From NCBI GenBank assembly GCA_035389185.1, contig DAOORK010000001.1:65006-129005 (forward strand): DNA of 64,000 nucleotides, read 5' to 3'. This DNA is from Candidatus Woesebacteria bacterium (GTDB lineage: Bacteria; Patescibacteriota; Microgenomatia; UBA1400; MFAQ01). The notes under the pieces were generated by a model, which worked only from the letters and a program-made list of their open reading frames with translations, did not search any database and was not told the DNA's origin. Positions 27,429 to 40,943 of the stretch are shown in pieces. Position 1 is the stretch's first letter, and each line of letters opens with the position of its first letter. The position numbers and the translations under genes are program-made.

Positions 27429-27914
27429 GTGCAAATTACTGGAAAGAATTTTGGAACTATAAGGCCAGGTGAAGAGATTAAAGTTTCTGAGGCAAACGGC
27501 AGTACCATAAAGGGAATTGTTGCCTGTCGCAATGTTTTAGAAAATTCTTTGATCATGGCAGGCGGATTGGCAATTATTTCAAGTTTGGCTGTGGAAAGAA
27601 CCGGTAAGAGCTTTTCTGAGTTTTCTGTTTTTCCTCAGTTTTATTCTTATCTGGTACAAAATAAAATGCTTGTTACCAGGATGAACGAGATTCGTGTTGG
27701 TGATTGCATTTTAGTGTCGAGTGATGGGTTCAAGACGGTACGGGTGTTAACGATAGCTGTCTATGACCCAGATCGAGATATCGCTTTTGATACAGGTGGC
27801 ATGCCGATCGACATCAACAAAATGAAGATTGCTAAGACTGGTTTTCAAGAAGACACAGCGATGATTTTGATGAAGGGCAACCATTTATTATGCGATTGTG
27901 TAGTTTCCGAATAA
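27429..27914 (+). CDS. Hypothetical protein with an internal two-fold repeat
   Basis: AAGGAGG SD; IRPGEEIKVS..G / IRVGDCILVS..G repeat; terminator at 27921-27944. Confidence 0.72.
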   Translation: MQITGKNFGTIRPGEEIKVSEANGSTIKGIVACRNVLENSLIMAGGLAIISSLAVERTGKSFSEFSVFPQFYSYLVQNKMLVTRMNEIRVGDCILVSSDGFKTVRVLTIAVYDPDRDIAFDTGGMPIDINKMKIAKTGFQEDTAMILMKGNHLLCDCVVSE

Positions 27915-27963
27915 TTTTAGACCCGGCTAAGGCCGGGTATTTTTGTGCAAAAAAAAGGCTCGC

Positions 27964-28386
27964 TTACGCGAGCCTAAGGCTATTTCTTTCTCCAGTACCT
28001 TCGGGGCGCCACTCGGAGAGGTCTTCACCGTTGATAAAGGCTTTCTCAATTTCGCCAATCTCAATTTCGTTGAGCGAATCAAAATAGTTTTCCCACCAGG
28101 TGTACCACAAGTGATACTCTTTTGTGTATGTAAGAGTAGTCTCTGCTTTATTAAATCGGTAGGGGTCCAAGATATGAAGGCGACTAAGGTCGCTTGCTAC
28201 GACATCTTTTTGGGCAGTACCCTTTGAGATGTTCTCTAACAAAGAAGATTTGAGAGCACCATCCTTGACGGTTTCTAGTTTACATTTTGCAAGAATGATT
28301 GCCTGGGTGAGTTTTTGCAGACATAAAAATATCTCAATTTCCGTATTAGGGAAATAGTTTGTGGTAAGGACAAGATTAATTTGCAC
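27964..28386 (-). CDS. Hypothetical protein (standalone unit)
   Basis: AAGGAGG SD before GTG 28386; terminator 27948-27975 overlapping the stop. Confidence 0.68.
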   Translation of the reverse strand: MQINLVLTTNYFPNTEIEIFLCLQKLTQAIILAKCKLETVKDGALKSSLLENISKGTAQKDVVASDLSRLHILDPYRFNKAETTLTYTKEYHLWYTWWENYFDSLNEIEIGEIEKAFINGEDLSEWRPEGTGERNSLRLA

Positions 28387-28440
28387 GATTCCTCCTTCTG
28401 GAATGTACGATTGAAAAGAACAACTTGGATTATACAACAG

Positions 28441-31077
28441 CTATTCTTCTTCAGAGTCAGAGACAGTTGTGACAGCAGCGACGGAGTCATCTGTTTTTGC
28501 AAAGCGCATCAGAATAACTCCTTGAGTGGCTCTTCCAAGACGTGGAATATTTTTGATCGGGAGTTTGATGGCCTGACCTTGGGAAGTAGTAATCAGAAGG
28601 ACCTCCGAAGTCTGATCAACAAGAAGAGCACCAGATAGCTTACCTGTTTTATCAGTGGTTTCGCAGACTTTTAAGCCTTGGCCTGATCTATTTTGGACTG
28701 GATATTCAGGAAGCGGAGTACGTTTGCCCATACCTTTTTCGGTGACTATCAATAGATCTCTAAAAAGTTTGACTCGTTTGTCGGTAGATACCGGTTCGGT
28801 GGGGCCAAAAACATCCATGGAGATAACAAAGTCGGTTCCTTTGAGTAAAATCCCGCGAACTCCTTGGGTATCACGATCGGTTGGGCGAACGTCTGTTTCT
28901 TTGAAACGAATTGATTTACCCTCTTTAGAAACTAGAAGAATGTGATCTTCACCGGAGGTTTTATTGACCCAGACAAGACTATCAGCCCCTTGAAGTTTGA
29001 TGGCAATAAGACCATTACTCTTGATGTTCTCGTACTTTGAAAGAGCGGTTCGTTTGACGACACCGGCTTTGGTGGTAAAGAAAAGATAAGAACTTTTTTC
29101 TACTTGTTTGGGAAGAGGCAAAATACTCTGAATTGACTCGTCACTGTCGATGTTGATGAGGTTGATAATGGCTTGGCCCTTACTGATACGACTTCCTTCG
29201 GGAAGCTCCCAGACTTTAAGCGAGAAGACTTTACCCTTGCTGGTAAAAACCAGAAGACGGTCGTGGGTATTGGCATTTGTAAGAAGACGAATTTCGTCGG
29301 TATCTTTGATGGTCATACCTGAAACTCCCTTCCCTCCCCTTTTCTGAGTTCTGAAGGTGGAAAGCGGCATGCGTTTGATATAACCGGATTTGGTGAGAGT
29401 GACCAAAGTTTCTTCGGATGGAATAAGATCCTCTTCAGAAAGGGTGCCCGGAGCGGCGGCGACGATTTGGGTTCTTCTCTTTTCGGGATAAGCCACAGCA
29501 AGCTGATTGAGTTCGTCTTTGATAATCTGGAAGACTTTTTTGGGATCTTTGAGAGTAATAATTAGTTGCTCAATTTGTTTCATGAGCTCTTGATACTCTG
29601 CTTCAATCTTTTGACGTTCGAGAGCGGCTAAACGACGAAGCTGCATTTCCAAGATAGCATTAGCTTGGATTTCGTCTAGACCAAACTTCTGACAAAGATT
29701 GGTACGGGCGGTATCGGCGTCGGGACTCTTTTTGATGGTTTCGATGACTTCATCAATGTTGGCAAGTGCTTTAAGCAGTCCCTCTAAAATGTGGGCTCTA
29801 TCCTTGGCAGTCTTTAGTTCAAATTGGGATCGACGAACAACAACCATTTGGCGATGAGCGGTAAACTCCATGAGAATCTGTTTGAGGTTAAGCAGATGTG
29901 GCGTTCCGTCTGAGGCCAGAGCAACTACGTTGGCAGGGAAGTTAGTTTGTAGTTCGGTGTATTTATAGAGATTGTTAAGAACACTCTTGGGTTTGGCGTC
30001 TTTTTTCAGATCGACAGCAACAGTGAGGCCTTTTCGGTCTGACTCATCTCGGAGATCAGCAATGCCATCAATTTTTTTCTTTTTGACCAACTCGGCAATG
30101 TCGGTGATGAGTTTGGCTTTGTTAACTTGATAAGGGAGTTCGGAAATTAAAATTTGGTAGCGACCATTTTTTCTTTCAACAATTTCGGCTACACCGCGCA
30201 TGATAATACTCGCCTTACCGGTGGCATACATCTTTTTGATTTCGTTGGTGTCATAGATGATACCCGAAGTGGGAAAATCAGGGCCCTTAATATGTTCACA
30301 AAGTTCGTCAATTTCGATGTCTGACTCCAGGTTACCAATAAGATTTTTATAATCGGTACTGTGTAATTCTTCATCGGGAACGGTAATGTTTGTTGTGGCT
30401 TTGCTTTTGTTGACCAAAGCTTCGATGGCTTTGACTACCTCAACTAAGTTGTGGGTTGGGATTTTGGTGGCCATACCGACAGCGATTCCTTCGGATCCCA
30501 TTAACAACAAATTAGGTAATTTTGCGGGAAGAACGAGAGGTTCTTGTTGGGAACCATCGAAGTTGTCAGCGAAATCGACAGTATTTTTGTCGATGTCTTC
30601 AAGCATTTCACTAGCAATTTTAGATAGGCGCGCCTCGGTGTAACGCATAGCAGCAGCCGAGTCACCATCGATGGATCCAAAGTTTCCCTGTCCATCTATT
30701 AACGGATAGCGCATCGAAAAGTCCTGGGCCAAACGAACCATGGTCATGTAAACTGCGGTGTCACCATGGGGATGGTATTTACCCAAAACTTCACCAACGA
30801 TTCTGGCTGATTTTTTGTAGGCACTTTTGTGAGTAATGCCCATGTCTTTCATGGCATATAGAACGCGACGATGAACAGGCTTTAGACCATCACGAACGTC
30901 AGGTAAGGCACGGGAAACAATGACCGACATGGCATAGTCGAGATAGCTTTTTTCCATCTCTTCAACGATGGGGGCCTGTCTGATTATTCCCCACTCTGAC
31001 TTAGCCTCTTGAGGAGTGACAGTTGCTGTGTCGGTAACAGGAAATTGGTTTTGGTTTTCTTCGTTTTGGTCTTCCAT
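28441..31077 (-). CDS. gyrA: DNA gyrase subunit A
   Basis: [26 protein letters not shown], GyrA box QKRGGKG. Confidence 0.98.
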   Translation of the reverse strand: MEDQNEENQNQFPVTDTATVTPQEAKSEWGIIRQAPIVEEMEKSYLDYAMSVIVSRALPDVRDGLKPVHRRVLYAMKDMGITHKSAYKKSARIVGEVLGKYHPHGDTAVYMTMVRLAQDFSMRYPLIDGQGNFGSIDGDSAAAMRYTEARLSKIASEMLEDIDKNTVDFADNFDGSQQEPLVLPAKLPNLLLMGSEGIAVGMATKIPTHNLVEVVKAIEALVNKSKATTNITVPDEELHSTDYKNLIGNLESDIEIDELCEHIKGPDFPTSGIIYDTNEIKKMYATGKASIIMRGVAEIVERKNGRYQILISELPYQVNKAKLITDIAELVKKKKIDGIADLRDESDRKGLTVAVDLKKDAKPKSVLNNLYKYTELQTNFPANVVALASDGTPHLLNLKQILMEFTAHRQMVVVRRSQFELKTAKDRAHILEGLLKALANIDEVIETIKKSPDADTARTNLCQKFGLDEIQANAILEMQLRRLAALERQKIEAEYQELMKQIEQLIITLKDPKKVFQIIKDELNQLAVAYPEKRRTQIVAAAPGTLSEEDLIPSEETLVTLTKSGYIKRMPLSTFRTQKRGGKGVSGMTIKDTDEIRLLTNANTHDRLLVFTSKGKVFSLKVWELPEGSRISKGQAIINLINIDSDESIQSILPLPKQVEKSSYLFFTTKAGVVKRTALSKYENIKSNGLIAIKLQGADSLVWVNKTSGEDHILLVSKEGKSIRFKETDVRPTDRDTQGVRGILLKGTDFVISMDVFGPTEPVSTDKRVKLFRDLLIVTEKGMGKRTPLPEYPVQNRSGQGLKVCETTDKTGKLSGALLVDQTSEVLLITTSQGQAIKLPIKNIPRLGRATQGVILMRFAKTDDSVAAVTTVSDSEEE

Positions 31078-31081
31078 ATTT

Positions 31082-31618
31082 TTATTTATTGAAATATTGA
31101 TGGTAACGAGAAACGGCTTCGTCTAGTTTATTTTTGGCATCCGAAACGGATTGATAACCGTTGATGTCGACCCATTTTCCGGGCTCATTAATTTTGTAGT
31201 TTTTGTAAAAATAGTCGATATTGTCAAGAGTTTGTTTGTCGAGTGTTTGGGCATCTTTGATGTTGGCAAAAAGAGGATCTTTCTCGGACACTGGGACGGT
31301 AATAAGTTTTGAGTCGACACCGGATTGGTCTGTTGTTTCGAGAAGACCGATAACCCGTGTTTTAACAATTGTACCGGTAGGAAAAGTTTGAGAACTAAGA
31401 ACCATGACATCGAGAGGGTCATTGTCGGAACTCCAAGTTTCCGGGACAAATCCGTAGTTAAAGGGATAGGAAAGATTGGAAGTTAGAACTCGATTGATAA
31501 CAAATTTTTCTTGGTCCTTGTCATACTCCATTTTATCCATTGATCCATTGGGAATTTCAATGATGGCATGGACATTAAGGTCTTCGTCGAACGCTTTAAT
31601 TGAGTGAAGTAGGTTCAT
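31082..31618 (-). CDS. ppa: Inorganic pyrophosphatase (family I)
   Basis: [29 protein letters not shown]. Confidence 0.95.
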   Translation of the reverse strand: MNLLHSIKAFDEDLNVHAIIEIPNGSMDKMEYDKDQEKFVINRVLTSNLSYPFNYGFVPETWSSDNDPLDVMVLSSQTFPTGTIVKTRVIGLLETTDQSGVDSKLITVPVSEKDPLFANIKDAQTLDKQTLDNIDYFYKNYKINEPGKWVDINGYQSVSDAKNKLDEAVSRYHQYFNK

Positions 31619-31629
31619 TAATAGTGTGA

Positions 31630-33621
<1,992 letters not shown>

Positions 33622-33690
33622 TTAGCTTTCGGCTTCATTGTAATGGCTAAATGCCTCCACTTCAAGTGCGAATCCTTGTACAATAGCCCT

Positions 33691-34320
33691 ATGTTACCAA
33701 AGATTATTGTAACGGGTATCGGCGAGAGAGATATTTTGCTGAAGGGATTGAAACTATCCCCTTCTCTGGTAATTGGTTATGAGGGTAAAGAAGGTAAGGT
33801 GGACGATTTAAGACACTGGATAAACTTTGGCGTAAACACAGTATCTAGCTCTCCGGAAATGATATTGATTGTGTGGGATGCTGATAGACTAAGTCCCGAG
33901 TGCCAAGCAATTCTTTTGAAACCTCTTGAAGAAACCGGAGATCGGGTAAAACTGTTTTTATTTGTATCAAATGAAAACGGATTGTTACCAACAGTATTGT
34001 CCAGATGTCTGGTGGAGAGCTTAGAAGAAATCGGAGGAGATGAAAATAATTATTGGCGGGAGGCAATGAAGTGTTTGATTAATGGTCCGGCGGAGTCAAT
34101 AGATTTATCTGAGAGATTAACGAAAGAAGAAATGGAAAGATCTTTAGTGGAACTGATAAAAAAATTGCAGTCGGGTTTGATTAAGGAAGTAAATAAAAAT
34201 CGGTTGAAGGTATTAAAAAAAGCGATTGATTGTTTGGCGAAATTGAGATTTACCAATGTGAATGCCAAACTGGCGTTCAGCAATTTTCTTATAAGCTCTT
34301 GGAAGCTTATTAGAGCTTGA
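33691..34320 (+). CDS. DNA polymerase III delta'-like protein (degenerate HolB)
   Basis: DADRLSPECQAILLKPLEE, LLPTVLSRC. Confidence 0.75.
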   Translation: MLPKIIVTGIGERDILLKGLKLSPSLVIGYEGKEGKVDDLRHWINFGVNTVSSSPEMILIVWDADRLSPECQAILLKPLEETGDRVKLFLFVSNENGLLPTVLSRCLVESLEEIGGDENNYWREAMKCLINGPAESIDLSERLTKEEMERSLVELIKKLQSGLIKEVNKNRLKVLKKAIDCLAKLRFTNVNAKLAFSNFLISSWKLIRA

Positions 34321-34351
34321 TATTTCGGTAAAAATTTGCCATATTGAAGGT

Positions 34352-36112
34352 ATGGATTATCAGGAGAAAGCTTTGCTTGACTATTTGATATCCTCCGCAA
34401 GATTAACGGAGGATCAGATTAATAGTCTTAAGATAGAAGCGGCTACTTCCGGAAAATCACTAACTGAGACACTTTTAGAAAAAAGATTGATTAGCGAGAC
34501 TGATTTGGCAAAAGCAAAAGCAACAGTGTTGAACATCCCCTATTTTTCGGATACCAAAGTTTCGGTTGATCCCGAACTTTTGAACCTGATAACGGTAGAT
34601 TTGGCTAAAAATTATCAAGTGTTACCGATATCTCTTGATCGAACAAAAAAAGAATTGAGTTTGGTAATGGTGAAACCGGAAGACTTGTCGACGGTCGATT
34701 TTTTTCAGAAACGAACCGGATTCCAGGTAAAGTCTTACCTTACAACAAAACAAAACTATGATGAGTTGGTAGCTAATGTATATAGCCAAAACTTGACCGG
34801 TGAGATCTCCGGTGTTCTGGAAAGAGGAAAAGAAGCAAGCGAAGAGGAAGGGGTAAGATTGGTCACTGCAGATACGATTTCACAGATAATAAAAGAGCCG
34901 AAAATAGTAGAAATCGTGAGGAAGATTTTGGAACATGCTATCCGTCTGAGAGCTTCAGACGTACACATTGAACCAATGGAAAACATTACCAGAGTCCGCT
35001 ATCGTGTTGATGGTATTTTGGAGGAAAAGTTGACTTTGGACAAGGATTATCACGCAGCTTTGGTTTCTCGCATCAAGATATTGGCCGGCATGAAGATCGA
35101 TGAAAAAAGAGTGCCTCAGGATGGACGGTTTAATTTTCAATCTGAGTGGGGTGAGGTTGATCTACGTATTTCTTCTCTACCGACAGTCAATGGAGAGAAG
35201 ATCGTGATGCGTCTTCTTAAAAAAACGGACAAAGTGCCAACTTTGTCGGAGCTGGGACTTAGAGGAAAAGCGCTAATGACACTGGAAGAAGCCATTCGTA
35301 TCCCCCACGGAATTATTTTGGCAACCGGTCCAACGGGTTCAGGTAAAACAACGACACTTTACTCTATTTTAGAGATGGTTAACTCTCCAAAGGTAAATAT
35401 TGTTGCTTTGGAGGACCCTGTTGAGTATCAGATCGGTGGAGTGAATCAGGTACAAGTTAATCCTCAGGCCGGGTTAACATTTGCTTCGGGACTGCGTTCT
35501 TTTTTACGCCAAGATCCAAATGTCATTATGGTTGGAGAAATCCGTGACGAGGAAACGGCACAACTGGCTGTTCAAGCTTCGCTAACCGGACACTTGGTGT
35601 TTTCAACGGTTCACACGAACTCAGCTGCCGGTGCACTTCCTCGTTTATTGGATATGGGAGCAGAGCCTTTTTTACTTTCTTCTTCAATGACAGCGGTTAT
35701 TGGTCAGCGTGTTTTACGTCGAATCTGTGATAAGTGTCGAGCCGCATATGTTCCGGAACAAAATGTGATTGAAGATATTAACTCCGTTTTGGGAAAGCTG
35801 GTTGATGGTTGGGTTAAGTCAAACCCAGCCAGAATCGCCGAGGCCCAAAAAAACAATGTCCCCTTTATGCTTTACAAAGGCGCCGGCTGTGACAAGTGCG
35901 GCGGTTCCGGGTATTACGGACGTATTGGTATTTACGAGGTGTTAAGGGTAACCGATAAAATCGCCAGATTGATCATGGAGCGTGCTGATGCGGACACGGT
36001 AGAAGAGGCGGCAAAAGCCGACGGCATGATTATTATGAAGCAGGATGGATATCTGAAAGCGCTTGAAGGTGTAACAACTCTGGAAGAGGTTATTAGAGTA
36101 GCTCAAGTTTAA
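34352..36112 (+). CDS. pilB: Type IV pilus assembly ATPase (GspE/PilB)
   Basis: ASDVHIEP, PQDGR, GPTGSGKTTT, LRQDPN, CDKC..CDKC. Confidence 0.95.
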   Translation: MDYQEKALLDYLISSARLTEDQINSLKIEAATSGKSLTETLLEKRLISETDLAKAKATVLNIPYFSDTKVSVDPELLNLITVDLAKNYQVLPISLDRTKKELSLVMVKPEDLSTVDFFQKRTGFQVKSYLTTKQNYDELVANVYSQNLTGEISGVLERGKEASEEEGVRLVTADTISQIIKEPKIVEIVRKILEHAIRLRASDVHIEPMENITRVRYRVDGILEEKLTLDKDYHAALVSRIKILAGMKIDEKRVPQDGRFNFQSEWGEVDLRISSLPTVNGEKIVMRLLKKTDKVPTLSELGLRGKALMTLEEAIRIPHGIILATGPTGSGKTTTLYSILEMVNSPKVNIVALEDPVEYQIGGVNQVQVNPQAGLTFASGLRSFLRQDPNVIMVGEIRDEETAQLAVQASLTGHLVFSTVHTNSAAGALPRLLDMGAEPFLLSSSMTAVIGQRVLRRICDKCRAAYVPEQNVIEDINSVLGKLVDGWVKSNPARIAEAQKNNVPFMLYKGAGCDKCGGSGYYGRIGIYEVLRVTDKIARLIMERADADTVEEAAKADGMIIMKQDGYLKALEGVTTLEEVIRVAQV

Positions 36113-37182
36113 TGGAAAAAGGAACTAATTTTATTGAGGGTTTGTTATCTTTGGCGGCTGAAAAAGGAGCTTCTGATCTGCATTTGTTGGCGAATACTTT
36201 TCCTGTTTTTAGATTGATTGGAAAGTTGGTATTTTATGAACAGGGTGGTTTGATAAGCAGTACTGCCCTACTGGGGTACATCACCAGTTTGATGTCTGCG
36301 GCACAAAAAGAAGTATTTCTGCGAGATTTGGAACTGGACTTTTCGGTGACTGTAGGAAAGAATCGCTTTAGAGCCAATGCATATTTTCAAAGGGGAACTC
36401 CGGCTATTTCCTTACGTTTTATTCCCAACGAAATTCCAAACATTGATAGTTTGGGTCTGCCAGAGATCTGCCATGCTTTTGCAAAATTAAAACAGGGTTT
36501 TGTTCTTGTTACCGGTCCAACCGGATCGGGAAAATCTACCTCAGTCGCGGCGATACTGGATGAGATTAACAGTAACCGTACGGAGCATATCGTATCTATT
36601 GAGGACCCGGTGGAGTTTATTCACGAAAATAAAAAATCAATTGTTAGTCAGCGAGAGTTAGGCGGAGATACAAAGAGTTGGGACAATGCTTTAAAGTCTG
36701 TTCTGCGTGAAGACCCCAACGTTGTTTATATCGGAGAGATGAGAGATCCGGAGACAATTGCGGCGGCAATGACAGTGGCTGAAACAGGACATTTGGTTTT
36801 TGCCACACTGCATACTAACTCTGCAGCACAAACGATTGACCGTATCGTAGACAGTTTCCCGGAAGATCAGCAAAGCCAGATTGTTTTACAGTTGTCGACG
36901 GTTTTAGAAGCGGTACTATCGCAGAGATTGATTCCCTCACTGGATGGTAAAAGAAAAGTGGCTACCGAAATTATGGTAGCAACACCTGCTGTTCGCAATA
37001 ATATTCGTGAAGGTAAAACTTTTCAAATTGATAATGTGATTCAAACAAGCGGTAATTTGGGAATGAGACTGTTGGAGCAGAGTATGGCAGATTTGGTAAA
37101 CAAAAATGTTGTTGATCGGAATGTAGCAATGGAGTACTCAATTAGACCGTCTGTGTTAGATAAAATGATTAACGTTAGATGA
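36112..37182 (+). CDS. pilT: Type IV pilus retraction ATPase
   Basis: GPTGSGKST, IEDPVE, LREDPN, AETGHLV, AVRNNIRE. Confidence 0.95.
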   Translation: MEKGTNFIEGLLSLAAEKGASDLHLLANTFPVFRLIGKLVFYEQGGLISSTALLGYITSLMSAAQKEVFLRDLELDFSVTVGKNRFRANAYFQRGTPAISLRFIPNEIPNIDSLGLPEICHAFAKLKQGFVLVTGPTGSGKSTSVAAILDEINSNRTEHIVSIEDPVEFIHENKKSIVSQRELGGDTKSWDNALKSVLREDPNVVYIGEMRDPETIAAAMTVAETGHLVFATLHTNSAAQTIDRIVDSFPEDQQSQIVLQLSTVLEAVLSQRLIPSLDGKRKVATEIMVATPAVRNNIREGKTFQIDNVIQTSGNLGMRLLEQSMADLVNKNVVDRNVAMEYSIRPSVLDKMINVR

Positions 37183-38381
37183 AGTCATACCGCTATAAAG
37201 TAATCGACAAGGACGGAAATTCCTCGAGTGGTGTGATGGAAGCAACGGATGAAAAACAGGTAGCCAATGTGTTACGAAGTAAGGGATTACATATTACCGG
37301 TTTGGCATCTGATGAGGGGTTTTCTACTGATTCGCTGTTTGGGAGGTTTTCTAAACCCAAGGCCGACGACATTACCAGTTTTACTCGACAGTTGGCAACC
37401 ATGGTCGGAGCTGGACTCCCTTTGGTCAGCGCCTTAAGAATCTTAAAAAACCAGTCGACAGCGGTGATGAAAGTTGTGATTGAAAAAATACTGACGGAGG
37501 TCGAAGGTGGTTCGACGATGTCCGATTCTTTGGAACAATCAGGTGGTGGTTTTTCTTCTGTTTATATTGCTTTAGTTCGTGCCGGTGAGTCGGCAGGAGT
37601 TTTGGATCGAGTGTTGGTCAAGTTAGCTGACACTTTAGATAAGCAAAGAGAGTTCAAAAGCAAAACAAAAGGAGCGATGGTTTATCCGGTGATTGTTATG
37701 GTGGCGATGGTGGTGATTGTGGCCATAATGATGATTTTTGTAGTGCCCAAAATTACGGCTATGTATAAAGATTTTGGAGCTGACTTACCGGGAACAACAA
37801 AGATATTAATCGGTGTTTCTAACTTTATGGCTAAGTTTTGGTACTTGGCTCTGGCAGTTTTTGGTGTTGCCGGAGTGTTAGTAAATAATTGGAAAAAAAC
37901 CGAGGTGGGTTCTTTGGTTGCGGAGCAAATTACTTTTAAGATCCCGGTTTGGGGAAATTTAAAAAAAGACACCATACTGACTGAGTTTGCCAGAACAATT
38001 AGTGTCTTACTCGGTGCCGGTATTCCGATACTGGACGCTTTGCAGATTGTAGCTGATACACTGGGAAGTAAGGTTTATGGTGCAGCAGTAAAACAGATCG
38101 CCACGATGGTGGAAAAAGGAATTAGTTTATCCGAAGGCATCGAAAGACTGGACATATTTCCTCCTATTTTGGGACAGATGATAGCTGTGGGAGAAGAAAC
38201 CGGAAAACTAGACGAAGTACTAGCAAAATTAGCCACTTTTTATGAAAGTGAGAGTGAAATTAAGATTAAAGCCCTGACAACGGCGATTGAGCCGTTAATT
38301 ATGGTATTTCTGGGGGTAGCCGTCGGTTTTATCGTGATTGCGGTGATTATGCCTATATACAACTTGACAAGTCAGTTCTAA
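37179..38381 (+). CDS. pilC: Type IV pilus platform protein (GspF/PilC)
   Basis: FTRQLATM, GESAG.L, AMVYP, GEETG.L, IEP. Confidence 0.95.
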   Translation: MKSYRYKVIDKDGNSSSGVMEATDEKQVANVLRSKGLHITGLASDEGFSTDSLFGRFSKPKADDITSFTRQLATMVGAGLPLVSALRILKNQSTAVMKVVIEKILTEVEGGSTMSDSLEQSGGGFSSVYIALVRAGESAGVLDRVLVKLADTLDKQREFKSKTKGAMVYPVIVMVAMVVIVAIMMIFVVPKITAMYKDFGADLPGTTKILIGVSNFMAKFWYLALAVFGVAGVLVNNWKKTEVGSLVAEQITFKIPVWGNLKKDTILTEFARTISVLLGAGIPILDALQIVADTLGSKVYGAAVKQIATMVEKGISLSEGIERLDIFPPILGQMIAVGEETGKLDEVLAKLATFYESESEIKIKALTTAIEPLIMVFLGVAVGFIVIAVIMPIYNLTSQF

Positions 38382-38415
38382 TCGTTCATATTTGATATTA
38401 ACTGAATTATAAAAA

Positions 38416-39015
38416 ATGACAAATAAAATGAGACGATCTAGTGGGGGTTTTACCTTGATGGAGCTCTTGATTGTTATCGGTGTTCTGGGAATCTTGGCTG
38501 TTGGACTCTTAGCGGCAATTGATCCATTTGAGCAGTTAAAAAAAGCAAGAGATACTAATTATCGCAGTGCTTTACTAGAGTTCTTGTCGGCTAACCAAAG
38601 ATATTACGCTAATCACGGTTATTTCCCATGGAGAAATTCGGCTGAGGTTGCAGAAGGGACTTGTACTTACGATAACTCAGTTGCTTTGGGAGTTGATGAT
38701 ACTTCTACGACGGCTTCATTGTCGGCTGCTTTAGTTAAAGTGGGTGTAGATCAAGATGCAACATTTGATCCCTGTATTGATGTACTGATGAACGATGGAG
38801 AGCTAAAAAGCACTTTCAAACAAGGTTTGGGTAAGACTTTATATCTAAGCTCATGGGGAAAAACAGTTCTTAGAGTTTGTTACTCTCCTGAGAGTAAGAG
38901 TAACTTGAATGACTTAGCCACTGCTTTCCATGTAAATACAGACACAAACAACGTTGAGATGGGCTGTTCTGCGGCTCAGAAGTCTGCAGGAACTTGTTTG
39001 CAGTGTTTCCAGTAA
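38416..39015 (+). CDS. Type IV pilin (likely major pilin)
   Basis: G|FTLMELL class III signal; followed by terminator 39041-39063. Confidence 0.88.
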   Translation: MTNKMRRSSGGFTLMELLIVIGVLGILAVGLLAAIDPFEQLKKARDTNYRSALLEFLSANQRYYANHGYFPWRNSAEVAEGTCTYDNSVALGVDDTSTTASLSAALVKVGVDQDATFDPCIDVLMNDGELKSTFKQGLGKTLYLSSWGKTVLRVCYSPESKSNLNDLATAFHVNTDTNNVEMGCSAAQKSAGTCLQCFQ

Positions 39016-39090
39016 GGATTTAGATTTATTAGACAAAGATGAGGGGAGGTATCCCCTCTTTTTGTATCGAAGAAAGTGATACCATAAGTT

Positions 39091-39906
39091 ATGCTTTTTG
39101 TGACGCTGTTTATATTTGTCCTGGGACTAGTTTGGGGATCTTTTCTAAATGTGGTTATTTTTCGAACTTCTCATGGTAGCTCTCCCCTATCCGGTCGTTC
39201 AGTTTGTCCCAAATGTAAACATAAATTGGCGTGGTATTACAATATTCCCATAATTTCTTTTCTTTGGCTGAGAGGCCGTTGTGCATACTGTCAAAGGAAA
39301 ATCTCGATACGTTACCCAATTATTGAACTGTTGACAGGGATTTTATTTGTGTGGTGGTTTGTGGTGGGCTTTAACTTTTTTAAGTTAGTTGGCTCTCCTT
39401 GGAGCTTTATTCAACCAGTATTTTGGCTAACGGTGGGAATGGTTTTACTTTCGATATTTATGACGGACCTTCTATACATGGTGATTCCTTTTAGTTTGAA
39501 TCTGCTTTTATTTTCTTTGTCCCTTATTTACCGGGTTGGTTTGGTAGGTTTTGGGATCATGAGGGCCACGGATTTTTGGTTAGCTCTTTTATCCGGATTA
39601 GGGGTGTGTCTTATTTTTATTTCTCTTCAGTATCTGACTAAAAAAATTAAAAAGGTTGATGGTATCGGTTTGGGAGACGTTTTTTTGGTGCCATCTTTAG
39701 GATTGTTACTCGGATGGCCAAAAATTGTACCGGGAGTATTTATTTCTTTTGTTTCCGGGGCTTTGGTGGGAATTGTTTTAATGGTGATGAAAAAAAAGAA
39801 AATGAGTCAGTATTTACCGCTTGGTCCATTTTTAATATTGGGGACAGTAATTGGCCTGCTTTGGGGTGGTCAGATTTGGGAGTGGTATTTAGGTTTACTG
39901 GTTTGA
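39091..39906 (+). CDS. pilD: Prepilin peptidase
   Basis: GSFLNVVI.R, CPKC, GRCAYC, GLGDV, PLGPF. Confidence 0.95.
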   Translation: MLFVTLFIFVLGLVWGSFLNVVIFRTSHGSSPLSGRSVCPKCKHKLAWYYNIPIISFLWLRGRCAYCQRKISIRYPIIELLTGILFVWWFVVGFNFFKLVGSPWSFIQPVFWLTVGMVLLSIFMTDLLYMVIPFSLNLLLFSLSLIYRVGLVGFGIMRATDFWLALLSGLGVCLIFISLQYLTKKIKKVDGIGLGDVFLVPSLGLLLGWPKIVPGVFISFVSGALVGIVLMVMKKKKMSQYLPLGPFLILGTVIGLLWGGQIWEWYLGLLV

Positions 39907-39940
39907 CTTTTACACTGGATTAAAGCACAATGAATTTGTG

Positions 39941-40450
39941 ATGAGAAGAAACGGTTTTACTTTGATTGAATTGATTTTAGTGATGGCTATTGTGGGAATT
40001 TTGGCGATTATCGGTATTGGTTCTTATACTCAGGCAACGTTAAAAGGAAGAGACACCCAAAGGAAAAATGACCTGAATCAAATTGCAAAGGCCTTTGAAA
40101 TGTTTAATAACGATGTTGGAAGATACCCAAAGTCTAACAACGGTGCAGTTCTTTGTTTGATGATTGACGGTACTGATGGTGACTGCTCGTCAAAGATTTA
40201 TGCCTATACAAGTAACGGTGACCAAGTCATCTACATGCAGGAGGTGCCAACCGATCCAGATATCGATAGAAGTTATTATTATGAATACGGAACTGATGGC
40301 GGTTTTGCTATTTATACTGCTTTGGAAAATATTGAAGATAGAGACGTGGTTGTGGATAGCGAAGGGGCTAAGTCGGATTGGAATTTGTCTTGCGGAACGG
40401 CAATGTGCAATTATAAATTAACTGAGTTAGGACTAGTAAGAGTAAAGTAA
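39941..40450 (+). CDS. Type IV pilin/GspG-like pseudopilin
   Basis: G|FTLIELI, RD..RK.DL, P.DP. Confidence 0.9.
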   Translation: MRRNGFTLIELILVMAIVGILAIIGIGSYTQATLKGRDTQRKNDLNQIAKAFEMFNNDVGRYPKSNNGAVLCLMIDGTDGDCSSKIYAYTSNGDQVIYMQEVPTDPDIDRSYYYEYGTDGGFAIYTALENIEDRDVVVDSEGAKSDWNLSCGTAMCNYKLTELGLVRVK

Positions 40451-40452
40451 AA

Positions 40453-40941
40453 ATGAAACAAAAAGGATTTACCTTAATCGAGTTATTAGTGACAATGGGG
40501 ATCATCGCGGTTTTAACAGGCTTGGCGGTGTTTAATTTTAACCAAGCTAGAGTTAGAGCTCGTGATGTTCAGAGAAAGAGTGATCTGAGTCAGTTGGCAA
40601 AAGCTTTTGAGTTGTACAAGAATGACAATAACGGGCAATATATTCTGACTGAAGGTACAGGTTCAGACAAGAGCGTTTTTATGGCTACATTGATCGAAGA
40701 CCAATATACCAAAACGACTTTTGTTGATCCCAAGGGAAGTAGCTGGAGCAGTTATGAATATATCTGTACAGATGCTAAGACGTATTATTTGATGACTTGT
40801 TTGGAAAATGTGGCTGATACATCTAAAGCATCAGCTGATAAGTGTGCTTTATTCCAGCCCAACGGAGTTAATCCGAGCGGTGTTGATTGTGCCTGTGGTG
40901 AGTCTTATAAAGGAGTCATGTACATTACTACAAATCCATAA
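40453..40941 (+). CDS. Type IV pilin/GspG-like pseudopilin
   Basis: G|FTLIELL, ARDVQRKSDL. Confidence 0.9.
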   Translation: MKQKGFTLIELLVTMGIIAVLTGLAVFNFNQARVRARDVQRKSDLSQLAKAFELYKNDNNGQYILTEGTGSDKSVFMATLIEDQYTKTTFVDPKGSSWSSYEYICTDAKTYYLMTCLENVADTSKASADKCALFQPNGVNPSGVDCACGESYKGVMYITTNP

Positions 40942-40943
40942 CT

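Noticed and set aside
26073-28437. Prophage or integron with xer as the integrase
   Set aside because: The protein looks like a chromosomal Xer with no IntI-type insertion evident; no phage genes or repeated attC sites nearby.
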